A DNA stretch of 64,000 bases from the NCBI GenBank assembly GCA_017517605.1, contig JAFWYQ010000086.1:13114-77113 (forward strand). Reading direction: 5' to 3'. Made by a program: the position numbers and the translations under genes. Of this stretch, positions 28,037 through 38,505 are shown in pieces (within the stretch, counting starts at the first letter, position 1; each line of letters starts with the position of its first letter). The DNA comes from Bacteroidaceae bacterium. GTDB lineage: Bacteria; Bacteroidota; Bacteroidia; Bacteroidales; Bacteroidaceae. The notes beneath the pieces are model-generated. The model did no database searches, was not told the origin of the DNA, and was given only the letters and a program-made list of their open reading frames with translations.

Positions 28037-31000
28037 TTATTTCCAAAGTATCTTTTCTACTTTTATTCTTCCGTTCGCATACACTTTACGGCAGATGAGG
28101 ATGCCGGGGCGCGGTTCAGTCAATGGCTTTCCTTCGATACTGTACCAGGTGACGCTGCATAGCTCTGCAGGAATCAGTTCTATGCCTGTGTCTGAAATGT
28201 AGATGTCAGTCTCCACATTGTCAAGCCGTTGCAGTAGCCCGTTGCCAGTTACCATGCAAATGTCGGAAATCTTGATGGTACCTTCGGCGATTCCATCCTT
28301 TGAATCTTTCTTTAAGGCGATATTTAGCAGGGGACCATTGCTGTCTGCAATAAAACTGTTGTCTGGCGAGAAGACAGCTATTAGACAATCTGTGTCCGAT
28401 GCTGTAGTGTGCTCGATTGTGTGCGTGGCTGCAATGCGTTTGGCAGATTCCACTCTTTGGGCAATGGTGATTCCTTCGGGCAGTTGCAATCTCATGCTGA
28501 AGGCGATGAATGGTGTGGAATTCTCCAACGACACGATCAATGTTTCCGATTGTTCGTTGGCCTCTGCTTGTATCCAATTGCCACTATCCTCGTTGTTACC
28601 CATAGGGTAGTGAATGTTCTCATTTTGTGAGGGTAGGAGATTGCACAGCCAGGCTACATCGCTAATGGTTGTCTCGCCGTCGGCATCAATGTTGGCTTGC
28701 ATTTCATCCAATCCATGAGTTGTTTCGCCCAAGATATGCGAAACCATCAATCGGAGATCACAGGAGTCAATCGTGCCGTTGTTGTCCACATCGCCGAACG
28801 GGTGTGGCGCATTCTCGTTCCCGTTGTACGGGCCAAGTTGGTTCTTGATATGGTGAGCACGTTGGGCAAGCCATGCCTTCAAGTTTGTTACTTGAGCTTC
28901 GTTGTTGTTGCTGTCGCTCCATTTTATGGCATTCTTGCTGAATGAATTGGCGGCAAAGGCATAATAATCGTCTGCATAGTCCAACAACTCCTGCAGATGA
29001 TTTTCTATGAAGTCTGTCCAAAGTTTATTGTATTGGTGGGTAATTAAACCACTTGCCGACCACAGTTTGGAGAAGAAATAATTCGGCCGTGAAGGTTTAT
29101 AGTCGAACGGGCTACTGGTTACCCACGATGTGTAATAGACGCGCTTGTCAGCATAGCCATAGCTCCAGTCGAAGTCCCACACTGGGCCGAAGGTGTACAG
29201 ACTTGACAAGTGGTGCATATTCTCGCGGTAGAGGAACATACTCTTGGGATGCGTTAGTTCGACATTTCCCACCAATTCGTTTACGAGCATGAATCGGGTA
29301 AGCATCTCCACATCGACCAACCGCTCGAAGTGGGAATTGTTATAAACGGCTGTTTCCAATAGATTGAAATCTGCTTGAACTTGTTCAACGGTGGGCTTCG
29401 TCTCTCCTTCTGCAAAATCCGGTTCTTTGAAGTTTACTGGCAACTGGAAACTTGTTGACTTGAACTTGTATGGATCGTCGAAATAGCTGTCTAACTCCAA
29501 CAGCACGGCACCCCTTTCGTCTATATCCACGCTGTTATTGGCCAGTCCAACCTTTTGGGTGAAGATGTAGCTTCCTCGATACTCCCCGTTCATGTAGAGG
29601 TCCACAGGAACGATGTCATTGGCAGCTGTTGTTCCTACCATGCGGGCTATCTTCATGGCCATTGGGTTGGTCATTAGCGAGCCTTTTTGAGCTTGGGCGA
29701 TGAGACTCCAGTTCTTCCCTTTTTTCATGCCGAAGGGTTTTACTGATTTGGCGAATTTTAGTCGGTAGGGATTCTTGGCATAAGGCTTGCCTTCATTCCA
29801 ACTGGTGTTCCCGCGGCCTTTTATCTGTACCGAATCCTCCATGTCGGGCCACACTCCGTTGCCGTTGATTCTGATGTAGGCATTGAGGTAATATTCCTTG
29901 CTTGACACCATTTCACCGCCGTCAATGTCAATATCGATGCGCGGCACATCGGCATGGTCTGTCAGCCAATCTACTTTTGCTGTCGCCTTGCGGCCGAGTG
30001 GCATCATACAGAAGTCGTATCGGGCGGGCTGTATCAGTTCGGGAGTGTTGTTGGAGAGTACCACTTCATATAGTTTCAGTTCGCTTAGACAGAGGTAATT
30101 TTTGTATCCCACTTTGGTTGCCACAAAACGCAGGTGGCTATAACTTCCTCCCAAATCTATGGTGGGCGAGGTGTATGTCACTTCGTTTCCCGTTATAGGC
30201 AGTCCGTTGCTCTCGTTGAGGATGGCTACGGTGTTCCATTGTTCTCCGTCGGCCGAAGCCTCAATCCGCCATTCTTGTATGTTGTAGCGGGTGGTGCCAG
30301 TGCGGTCAGTATAGTAAAACTGTATGTAACTCAACTCTTTTGGCAATGCCACTCCCACGTACACCTGTTTGTTTAAGTCCACCTCGTATACCTCGTCTTT
30401 TGACCACGTGGAGTGGAAGAATGTGGAGGTATTGCCATCGAGCATCATGTCGAGTCCCTCCCCCTCCATGCTGGTGGGTGCGTTGGTCGATAGCATGCCG
30501 GTGCTGAGGGCTATTTCGTTGATTGTCTCTTCGGGCGTATTCCACACCTCGTCGCTCACTTTCGTCATGGCCAATAGTTGGTGATTAGGATAGGCCAATG
30601 TATATACCACGCTGTCGGCAAAGCGTTGACGCGAGATGCCACTTGTCTGTTCTTTCCCATTCACATAAGCTACAGCTTCGGGATCATTTAACTGAAACGA
30701 GGGGGTCAGCCACTTGCCGATGGCACCGACGGTGGCACGCACTTTGTCATCTGATAAGGTGGCCTCCACGTCGTCGTACAACTGTTCGTTATGCTTGTCG
30801 TTGAATTCAAAGGCTGCAAACTTTGGATACGTGGGTGGCATCATGCTAATGGAATCTATTGTACCCGATTCCCAGTTTAGCGTACTGTCGTTGAAGAGTG
30901 TCAACGTATATGTATCATCGTTATGGCCGACGTGTTTTACAAACTCCTGCGGATAAGCCTCTACGCTACCATCCGTAAAATATATGTAATGGCAATCGGC

Positions 31001-31069
31001 CGTGTCCGTTTTTCCTGTTAAGACAAGAGTGAGTAGGATTACAAGGCAATAGAATTTCTTTTTGTTCAT
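28037..31069 (-). CDS. CotH kinase family secreted protein with F5/8-type C, dockerin, cohesin-like and T9SS C-terminal domains
   Basis: IKGRGNTSW, KNPYRLKF, NGEYRGSY, GPVWDFDWSYG (CotH); LDGNTSTFFHS (discoidin); GDVDNNGTIDSCD...NIDADGETTISDV (dockerin); YSIEGK...KVEK tail; ATGA overlap with the upstream gene. Confidence 0.88.
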   Translation of the reverse strand: MNKKKFYCLVILLTLVLTGKTDTADCHYIYFTDGSVEAYPQEFVKHVGHNDDTYTLTLFNDSTLNWESGTIDSISMMPPTYPKFAAFEFNDKHNEQLYDDVEATLSDDKVRATVGAIGKWLTPSFQLNDPEAVAYVNGKEQTSGISRQRFADSVVYTLAYPNHQLLAMTKVSDEVWNTPEETINEIALSTGMLSTNAPTSMEGEGLDMMLDGNTSTFFHSTWSKDEVYEVDLNKQVYVGVALPKELSYIQFYYTDRTGTTRYNIQEWRIEASADGEQWNTVAILNESNGLPITGNEVTYTSPTIDLGGSYSHLRFVATKVGYKNYLCLSELKLYEVVLSNNTPELIQPARYDFCMMPLGRKATAKVDWLTDHADVPRIDIDIDGGEMVSSKEYYLNAYIRINGNGVWPDMEDSVQIKGRGNTSWNEGKPYAKNPYRLKFAKSVKPFGMKKGKNWSLIAQAQKGSLMTNPMAMKIARMVGTTAANDIVPVDLYMNGEYRGSYIFTQKVGLANNSVDIDERGAVLLELDSYFDDPYKFKSTSFQLPVNFKEPDFAEGETKPTVEQVQADFNLLETAVYNNSHFERLVDVEMLTRFMLVNELVGNVELTHPKSMFLYRENMHHLSSLYTFGPVWDFDWSYGYADKRVYYTSWVTSSPFDYKPSRPNYFFSKLWSASGLITHQYNKLWTDFIENHLQELLDYADDYYAFAANSFSKNAIKWSDSNNNEAQVTNLKAWLAQRAHHIKNQLGPYNGNENAPHPFGDVDNNGTIDSCDLRLMVSHILGETTHGLDEMQANIDADGETTISDVAWLCNLLPSQNENIHYPMGNNEDSGNWIQAEANEQSETLIVSLENSTPFIAFSMRLQLPEGITIAQRVESAKRIAATHTIEHTTASDTDCLIAVFSPDNSFIADSNGPLLNIALKKDSKDGIAEGTIKISDICMVTGNGLLQRLDNVETDIYISDTGIELIPAELCSVTWYSIEGKPLTEPRPGILICRKVYANGRIKVEKILWK

Positions 31070-32226
31070 AGCCACGTCAGTCTATGCCAGATGCTTTCGA
31101 GCGGACCCTGCTTGTGGCCCTTGAACCACCAGCGGGCAAACCACACTTGGGTCAGGAAGATGAGGATGCCCACCAGCAGCGAGGCGGTGCATCCGAGGTA
31201 AGGAGCCAGATAGAGACCGATGGGGAAGTAGATGAGGGCTCCGATGATGGATTGCGACACGTAGTTGCTGAGGCTCATCCGTCCGTAGAAGCGGAGGTTG
31301 GTCACTCGTGCCTTGAACCCGTCGCGCTGATAGAGCAGGACAAACGAGGCGACAAGTACCAGCGTGAAGGCCAGCTTCTGCCACATGTCGAACACCGTGC
31401 CGGCCGTCTGCTGCACCGCGGCACTGCCCCCCATGATGAGGTTGCGCAGCGAGAAGAGCGGGCAGAATGCGATGGCACTCACCAGCAGCACATTCAGCCA
31501 CAGGCGGAGGTTTTTGTCATTGGAAACGAACAACTGTCGGCGGCCGATGTAGAGACCCAGCAGGAAGAGGCCGACAGTCTGTGTGGCACGTCCCGCACCC
31601 ACAGCCCACAGGAAACTGGCTACCTGTCCCGTGGTGGCGTTGCAGCGGATAAAGTCCCACAGGCGACCGCTCTGAGTCACCTCGCCCACTTGGGCATACA
31701 AGGCATCCACGCCCAGGTTGGGCAACTGGTAGGCGGGCGACACTAAGCTGGCCACATAGTGGAACCACTCCACCGGTTGCAGCAGGCACACGATGGCCGC
31801 CACCAGCACCGCGCGGTCACTCCACTTGCGCACGATGAAGAGCGAGATGCCCATCACGGCATACAGCATCAGCACGTCACCCCCAGGGAAGAAAGCCGCA
31901 TTCAGTGTGGCAAACAGGGCCAGCAGCACCATACGCCACAGGAACCGTCCGCCAAAGTCCTTTCCCCGCAGCTGTTGGTTGGCATACTGCACATAGAACG
32001 TAAAGCCGAACAGCAGGGCAAAGATAGCATACGCCTTGCCCGAGAAGAGGGCAAACACGGCATCGAACACCCCCTTGTCCAGCGCAGCAAGCCATGCCGG
32101 CGAGTCGGTGGGATAGACCGAAAAGATAAAATGTTCCACACTGTGTACAAGCAGGATAGCCATCACGGCAAATCCCCTCAGCGCATCCACCATTTCGATG
32201 CGCGGTATTTTCTGTAATTGATTCAT
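31066..32226 (-). CDS. DUF418 (YeiB-like) membrane protein
   Basis: DALRGFAVMAI, FALLFG, GDVLMLYA, GRMSLSNY, QGPLESIWHRLT. Confidence 0.9.
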   Translation of the reverse strand: MNQLQKIPRIEMVDALRGFAVMAILLVHSVEHFIFSVYPTDSPAWLAALDKGVFDAVFALFSGKAYAIFALLFGFTFYVQYANQQLRGKDFGGRFLWRMVLLALFATLNAAFFPGGDVLMLYAVMGISLFIVRKWSDRAVLVAAIVCLLQPVEWFHYVASLVSPAYQLPNLGVDALYAQVGEVTQSGRLWDFIRCNATTGQVASFLWAVGAGRATQTVGLFLLGLYIGRRQLFVSNDKNLRLWLNVLLVSAIAFCPLFSLRNLIMGGSAAVQQTAGTVFDMWQKLAFTLVLVASFVLLYQRDGFKARVTNLRFYGRMSLSNYVSQSIIGALIYFPIGLYLAPYLGCTASLLVGILIFLTQVWFARWWFKGHKQGPLESIWHRLTWL

Positions 32227-32324
32227 AATGACGATTCTTTTCTGCAAAAGTACAATATTTTTCCCATATCGCCACGCTTGCAGGGCAGAAAGTTGCATCT
32301 CTGTAGTATTTTGGGGGCTAACAA

Positions 32325-32661
32325 CCACAAGGGATTGCCCCTACGGATTGCGTCCACAGATTTTGGGTCAGTCTCATTGGAACACAGAGACACAGAGTTT
32401 TTTTCTTTTTTTAGACAGAAGGACAAAAGAACAAAAAGAATATTTTTCTCTCTTATGTACTTATGTTCTTATGTCAAATAAACTCTCTCCCCCGTCCCTC
32501 CGCTTTGCAATGCGGAGGTTATGAATCGGGGATTTGCAATCCCCATCATCCCCTGTCCCTTGCCATTTTTCGTTCCGCATACCGTAGGGGCATCCCTTGT
32601 GGGTGTCCAATCATTGTTTTTGCCCGTTTCATTCGAGTACCCACAAGGGGCACCCCTACGG
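32325..32661. repeat. Cluster of REP-like elements
   Basis: GTAG-type REP doublet CCGTAGGGGCATCCCTTGTGGGT...ACCCACAAGGGGCACCCCTACGG (32582-32661); solo copy at about 32325-32347; family A half element at 32380-32397; GGGGATTTGCAATCCCC palindrome; TTATGTAC/TTATGTTC 8-mers. Confidence 0.8.
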
Positions 32662-32721
32662 TGGACATCATAATCGTTACTATTGTCTACACTCCTGAAC
32701 TCCTGCGCTCCTATTTTACTT

Positions 32722-33300
32722 ACATTTTGTCAGATTGAAAATGTATATTCTCTCTGCTCAGAATGAATAAATATGCAATATGGAAGGGGGGAGATTAGTC
32801 GCATTTTGTATATTTATGCAGAAACAAGAGTATTAAAAAGCGGGAGGCTTCCCAAAAATAGATCGGATGAAGTCTCATGTTGACTCTATTGTCCTGCAAA
32901 AACGCTTAAGCGTGGCTGCGGTAACGCTTAAGCGTTTTTTTCGTCAGACTGAACACTTATTATATTATCTCTTAAGCGTTATTCGAGTAACGCTTAAGAG
33001 ACAGCTGGAAAGTGTCAAGATTTGCCGTCCTCAGTCTCCTGTCCCTTTGGATAAATCTCCAAAATTGTGCCGCCAACTTCGATTTTTTGCTCCTTTGAGA
33101 TGCTTTATTGGCCCAAAAAACTCCTTTTCGCGATTTTTTAGAGGCAAAATGGCGAATAAGAAAATTGGACTTAATCGTTTATATGCCAGCGCAGTAACGG
33201 AAATATGACGCGATTTCCTTCGCGTATTTCTCTTCGCCCTGTACTCCCCTACGGAAATATGGAACTATCGAAAGGCAGAATATACATTTTTACAAAATGT
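32722..33300. mobile_element. Possible non-autonomous element bounded by imperfect inverted repeats
   Basis: AAAATGTATATTCT (32738-32751)/AGAATATACATTTT (33277-33290) and ACATTTTGT/ACAAAATGT; no transposase inside. Confidence 0.35.
32901..33000. repeat. 22-bp-period palindromic repeat (AACGCTTAAGCGTT)
   Basis: Copies at 32901, 32923, 32967, 32989; the slot at 32945 is decayed. Confidence 0.8.
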
Positions 33301-33437
33301 CAATAGTTGGACGGTAGCTTGCATTTTGTCGTCTGCGCCTGCATTTCCTGAAACGCAAGGCACATTTCACCCAAGTACGAGTCGCATTTTGTAAAATGTC
33401 AGTTGTATTTTTGGGGAGCAGGGGAGGGTGACGGGCG

Positions 33438-34331
33438 TTACCGTTTGGTAAAGGCAATCATAAAGGTGACGGCTGCGATGGAGAGCAGGATGCCGACGAG
33501 GATGTTGGCCGTCAGCGCTTCGCCCAGTACGAGGGTGCCCACAAGGATGGCGGTGACAGGCTCGAACACACCCAAGACAGAGGCTTTGGTGGCTCCGATG
33601 TTCCGCGTGGCAACGGCCAGTGAGGCTGTCGATACGATGGTGGGCAACAGGGCAAGAGCCAACAGGTTGCACCAGGCAGTACAGCCCTCGATTCCCGTGG
33701 TGAGTCTCCCTTCGGAGGAGAGGAAAACCCGGCCAAGGAAGATGGCCGTGCCGACAAGCAGGGCATAGAAGGTGAGCACCGTGTTGGACAGTGTGCTGAT
33801 GGCCTTGCTGCGATTGATGATGACAATGAACAGGGAATAGACGAAGGCCGATGCCAACGAAAACGCCACCCCCACGGGATGTATCGCCTGCGACGAGTCG
33901 CCTTGGGTCATGATGATAACACCTACAAAGGTGGCGACAAGGGATACCCACACCGGCCACGACGGCACTACCCGAAGGAATACCATGATAATTGCCACCA
34001 TGGCGGGATAGAGAAAGACAAGGGTGGTGGCCAGGCCTGAGGCTATGTAGTTGTAGGCTTCGAAAAGGAATAGGCTGCTACAGGTATAGAGCAATCCGAG
34101 CACAAGCAGGACACCTGCCTGCCGCAAAGTGATCCTGAAACTCTGCCTCGTCAGCAGCAGGAAACCGCCCAACAGCAGCACGGCAATGGCGTATCTGAAG
34201 AAGAGGATGGAGCCGATGGAGACTCCGTCGCGTATGAGTGGCATACCGAACAGCGGGTTCAGCCCGTAGCTGATACCCGTGATGATGCCCGCGGGATAGC
34301 CGATGATTGCGTTTCTGCTGAGAGGTTTCAT
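33438..34331 (-). CDS. DMT/EamA family transporter
   Basis: About 10 TM in two repeats; ASGLATTLVFLYP, IGATKASVLGVFEPVTA. Confidence 0.9.
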   Translation of the reverse strand: MKPLSRNAIIGYPAGIITGISYGLNPLFGMPLIRDGVSIGSILFFRYAIAVLLLGGFLLLTRQSFRITLRQAGVLLVLGLLYTCSSLFLFEAYNYIASGLATTLVFLYPAMVAIIMVFLRVVPSWPVWVSLVATFVGVIIMTQGDSSQAIHPVGVAFSLASAFVYSLFIVIINRSKAISTLSNTVLTFYALLVGTAIFLGRVFLSSEGRLTTGIEGCTAWCNLLALALLPTIVSTASLAVATRNIGATKASVLGVFEPVTAILVGTLVLGEALTANILVGILLSIAAVTFMIAFTKR

Positions 34332-34363
34332 GATGGTTGCTGTCTGTTTAGGGGCGCAAAAGT

Positions 34364-34419
34364 AACAAAAAAAGCCGTAATAATCCGACCAAAGGGGTAG
34401 AATTGTTACGGCTTTTGTT
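34364..34419 (-). terminator. Intrinsic terminator downstream of GH2
   Basis: AAAAGCCGTAA ... TTACGGCTTTT stem with A/T tails. Confidence 0.7.
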
Positions 34420-34425
34420 GAACTC

Positions 34426-36881
34426 CTATAATCTTACCGTCTGTTTCATGGTGGGTGTCTCGGCCTTCACGGTTACTTTGCCCGACTCCCGTGTGCCACG
34501 GAGAATGATTTGCATACGTCCATCGCGCATCCTTTTGGTGTTGATGCCGTGGAAGAGCTCGTCGGTGTAGTGGGCGTGGTTGTCGAGGGCGTAGAGTGTG
34601 GCGGCACCATCGACGGTGACGGTGAGTGGCTCGTCGTAGGTGGGCACGATGCGCCCTTTCTTGTCAACGGCGGTGACATTGAGGTAGGTCAGGGATTCAG
34701 TTGACGATTTGATGGGGTCTCTCTTGTCAAGCTCTTCTACTTCTATCACCAGGCGCACAGCTTTGCCGGCGGTCTGCATCTCGTGGCGGGCGGTTTCGCG
34801 TCCCTCCTTGTCGCGGGCAATGGCGGTGAGGGAACCTCCCTTGCCGTAGGGCACATTCTTCCAGAGGATGGCATTGCGCATGTTGCCCGTGCCGTTGTTC
34901 AGCTGTATGCCTTGGCTCTTGCCGTTGACGAAAAGCTCTACGGAGTGGGCGTTGGTGAAGGTATATACCTGCTGGATGCTTCCTTCGGGGAAGGTCCAAT
35001 GGTCGTGCATGGCGGTCTGTCCCACGTTCACGTCGTTCCAGTTGACGGTCTCGGTACCTTCGGTGTTGAGCACACCGAGGCGGACGATAGGTTCGTCCTC
35101 ACAGAAGGCCGACTTGATGAGCCACGCCTGCGGATAGGGACGGCAGGTGTGGTCGAAGAAGGAGTAATTCCACCCTTTCTTGGGCCAGCGGTTGCTTTCG
35201 CCCCAATACTCAATGGCTCCCCAGTAGGCGATGCCCACCATGCGGTCGTGGTCCATATTGTAATAAGGTGACAGCCATGAGGAGGTTTCTGCCTCGCTTT
35301 GGTAGATAATCATGCCGGGGCAGTGCTCCAAGTACGTGGCGTATTTGTCCGACTGGTAGTTGAACGAGGCCACCTCTGTAGCCTGTGCCAGTTCGGGCGG
35401 CACGAGGTAGTTGTTGAAGTCGCGATCCTTTTTGGCAATGGCACCGGCACGGGCGGGATACTGTCCTACGGTGGTGGGGCGGGTGTTGTCCCATCGCTTT
35501 ACCACTTGGTCCATAATGCGGTACATGGTCACGCCCCAGTCGTTCAGTCCTTGGTAGCCTGCCCATCCTTCGCGAATCTGCAGTTCGTTGCCGAGGCTCC
35601 ACATGATGACGCTGGGCGAGTTGCGGTCGCGCTTTACCCACTCCGTCACCATTTGCGACCATAGGGTAGTGAATGGCTGACGACCGCCCCAATAATCGTT
35701 GTCGCTCCATTTGTCTATAAGTTCGTCTACGATGAGGATGCCCACGCGGTCTGCAATGCGGGTAAACGACTTGCTGTAGGGATTATGTGAGCAACGGATA
35801 TGGTTAAAGCCAAACTCCTTTAGGCGGCGCATCATGCGTTCGATGCTTTCGTCGAACGAGGCGGCACTCAATGAACCCATATCGTGATGGTTGGAGATAC
35901 CTTTGAGGAAGAGTTTTTCGCCGTTCAGTTTGAAACCGTATTCGGGTGAAAACTCGATGGTGCGTATGCCGAACTGTTCGCGCACGGAATCCACTACCAT
36001 GCCGTCGGCTTCCACCACCACGTCGGTGCTATACAGGTAGGGTGTATCTACGCTCCACAACTTGGCCTGCTTCACCTCCACGGGCGGCAGTTTTACCTCC
36101 GTCGATTGCTGCTTGGTGTAGCGCGGCATGGTGCCTTGTGTCGTACCCACCACATTGCCCTCGGCATCCATCACACGGGCACGGATGAGGACGTCCTTCT
36201 TCCCTTGCCAGCCGGTCACTTCCGTTTGGATGGAGACTGATTTATTGTCAATTGTGGTTACATACACTCCGTGGCGTGCAATGTGTGTGGGATTCTGCAA
36301 CACAAGGTGTACGTCGCGGAAGAGTCCGCCTCCTGTGTACCAGCGCGACCCTTTCTTGGGACCTGTGGAAGCATAGACGGCCACGGTGTTTGTCTCGCCA
36401 TAGTTGAGATGCTTTGTCAGTTCGGCTTCCAGGCCTACGTAACCATAGTCGATGGAGGCAATTTTCGTGCCGTTGATATAGACATCACCAAGGTAGATAA
36501 TACCGCCGAAGTCGAGTTTTACGTGCAGTCCCTCCCATGCCTTGTCGGCCACGAAGGTCTTGCGGTACCACCCCTCGCACATAGGCTTGAAGCCGCGTGC
36601 ACCGCCTCCCTGCTCCGTCCATGGTTGTTCGAACTGGAAGTCGTGTGGCAGATCCAGCGTGCGCCATGCAGAGTCGTCGAGCGTGGGCGAGGCGAAGTCC
36701 GTCTCCTTGTTCTCTGGTGTTACCAGTTGACACTTCCAATCGAAGTTGAAAGCATCTCCTTCTGTGTTACGAATTCGGCTAACGGACGGTTCTCTCCGGC
36801 TTTTCTTTCTCTCACTTCTTGATATTGCGCACTAGTAGTTATGGGTAGGGCAATTGCAAGGAGGAACGGTAGTATTCTCAT
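34426..36881 (-). pseudogene. GH2 beta-galactosidase-like gene with an N-terminal frameshift (true pseudogene or sequence error)
   Basis: ATG 36881 gives a signal peptide MRILPFLLAIALPITTSAQ...TQKEML and then a stop. The GH2 frame (FNFDW...LDLPHDF...GWYRK; RCSHNP; WSLGNE) is offset by one base near 36749-36751. Confidence 0.8.
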
Positions 36882-36894
36882 ATATTGTATGGTA

Positions 36895-38370
36895 TTATTC
36901 TTTTGTTATTTCGTGTTGATTGAAGCTGCGAAAGGGAACTGTAGGCAACCCCTCTGAGTTGATGAGGTTGGGCATGGCCATTTCATGCCATCCGAAGCGT
37001 ATCTGTGTGGGATGGAATATTTCGGGGTGATAAACTTTTACCTGGTCACGTCCGATGATTTCAGCCAATGCGGGGCGGAATGCATTGTGGCTGGTAGCTA
37101 TCTCGAACCAATTGAGTAGTTTACCATCGTTTGTTTTCAGTCCTTTGGCACAATGGTCAAAAGTAACGACAATCTCCTTTTCTCTTTTTTCAATATTTTT
37201 GATTCGAGGGCCTGACCAAGTGATGGTATCATGTCCGTAGGTCTTTGCCAATGCCACACGGGCCAGTCGGGCGCCCACCTCCCATTTGTACGAGGGGTGG
37301 ATGTCGCGCAAGTCGTCCACCAGGTCGTTCACTACGATGTATTCACTGTTCGGAATCTGTTCCTTGGCATCTATCTGGCTCTGGCGGAAAAGGGGGAGAA
37401 CCTCGGCTGTAACGGGGCCTTTGGCGTTGCGGTGCATACGGTCGGAATAGATGTGCGAAGCCAGCAGTACGTAGTAGAAGGGGGCTTCGGGCAGTCCGAA
37501 GTCTTGTCGCCACCGCTCGGCCATCAGTTGGAATTTGCGGACGTAATCCCTGTCGTCGATGGCACAATTGTTCTCGCCCTGATACCACAGGATTCCTTTG
37601 ATGCCGTAAGGGATTAGGGGGCGTACCAGCCTGTTGTACATGTCGCCCGGCCGCACTCCCTGTATCATGCCGTTGTTCTCTTTCAGGATGTCGGCAAATA
37701 TGGGGAAACGCCCATTCTCATAAGCCTCTTTGGGAGTCCAAGCCTCGATGCGTGTGCCACCCACTGCAGTGGTGATGATGCCTACGGGCACATCCAACTC
37801 CTCCTGTATCTTCTTCCCGAAGAAATAGCCTGCGGCCGACACATTGGGCAGGCTTTCGCCATCGGCTACCCGCCAACCACTCTTTCCCCGTCGGCTGGGA
37901 AGGAATACGCGAATCATCTCATTGGCAGGCTTCTTCAGCTCCTCGGCAGCCAGATCGGTTCCTTTCTTGGGAGGGGCAAATTGGGGGAGCAACTTCATGC
38001 GGTACTCCATGTTCGATTGTCCGGCGCAGAGCCACACTTCACCGATGGCAACGTTGTCGAGTACCACGGTTGTGTCTTTTGCTTCGATGGTGAGAGTGTG
38101 CGATGCTTTGTCGGCAGTCATGGCCGGCAACATCACTTTCCATTTCCCTTCGTTGTCTGCTCGGGCAGTCAGTTTCCGTTTGCCGAAAATCACTTTCACC
38201 CGCTCACCGGGCGAAGCCGTTCCCCACACGGGTACGGTCTGTCCCTGTTGCAATACCATGTTTGATGATAGTACGTCGGGAATCGAGAAACGTACCTGTT
38301 CTTTCACTTGTGCCTGGCAGGCAGGCCATAAGGCTATCCTCAAGAAGAGAGTCAATAACAGTCTTTTCAT
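36895..38370 (-). CDS. Sialate O-acetylesterase (SASA) family carbohydrate esterase
   Basis: SNMVLQQ, GEVWLCAGQSNM, GGTRIEAW, WYQGENN, DIHP; start MKRLLL. Confidence 0.9.
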   Translation of the reverse strand: MKRLLLTLFLRIALWPACQAQVKEQVRFSIPDVLSSNMVLQQGQTVPVWGTASPGERVKVIFGKRKLTARADNEGKWKVMLPAMTADKASHTLTIEAKDTTVVLDNVAIGEVWLCAGQSNMEYRMKLLPQFAPPKKGTDLAAEELKKPANEMIRVFLPSRRGKSGWRVADGESLPNVSAAGYFFGKKIQEELDVPVGIITTAVGGTRIEAWTPKEAYENGRFPIFADILKENNGMIQGVRPGDMYNRLVRPLIPYGIKGILWYQGENNCAIDDRDYVRKFQLMAERWRQDFGLPEAPFYYVLLASHIYSDRMHRNAKGPVTAEVLPLFRQSQIDAKEQIPNSEYIVVNDLVDDLRDIHPSYKWEVGARLARVALAKTYGHDTITWSGPRIKNIEKREKEIVVTFDHCAKGLKTNDGKLLNWFEIATSHNAFRPALAEIIGRDQVKVYHPEIFHPTQIRFGWHEMAMPNLINSEGLPTVPFRSFNQHEITKE

Positions 38371-38505
38371 GATAGTTCTGATAGGTTTTATATGTAAGAT
38401 GGTGCAAATATAGTGACATTTTACAAAAAAACAGCGTAATTCTTGAAACAAAACATGCGTGCTCTTTGTCATCCCCTTATCGACAAAGTAAAAAAATGTG
38501 TGTTT

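Noticed and set aside
32867-33208. 113-aa ORF in the repeat hotspot
   Set aside because: It runs through the 22-bp repeat (VTLKR repeats) and has no family features; probably spurious.
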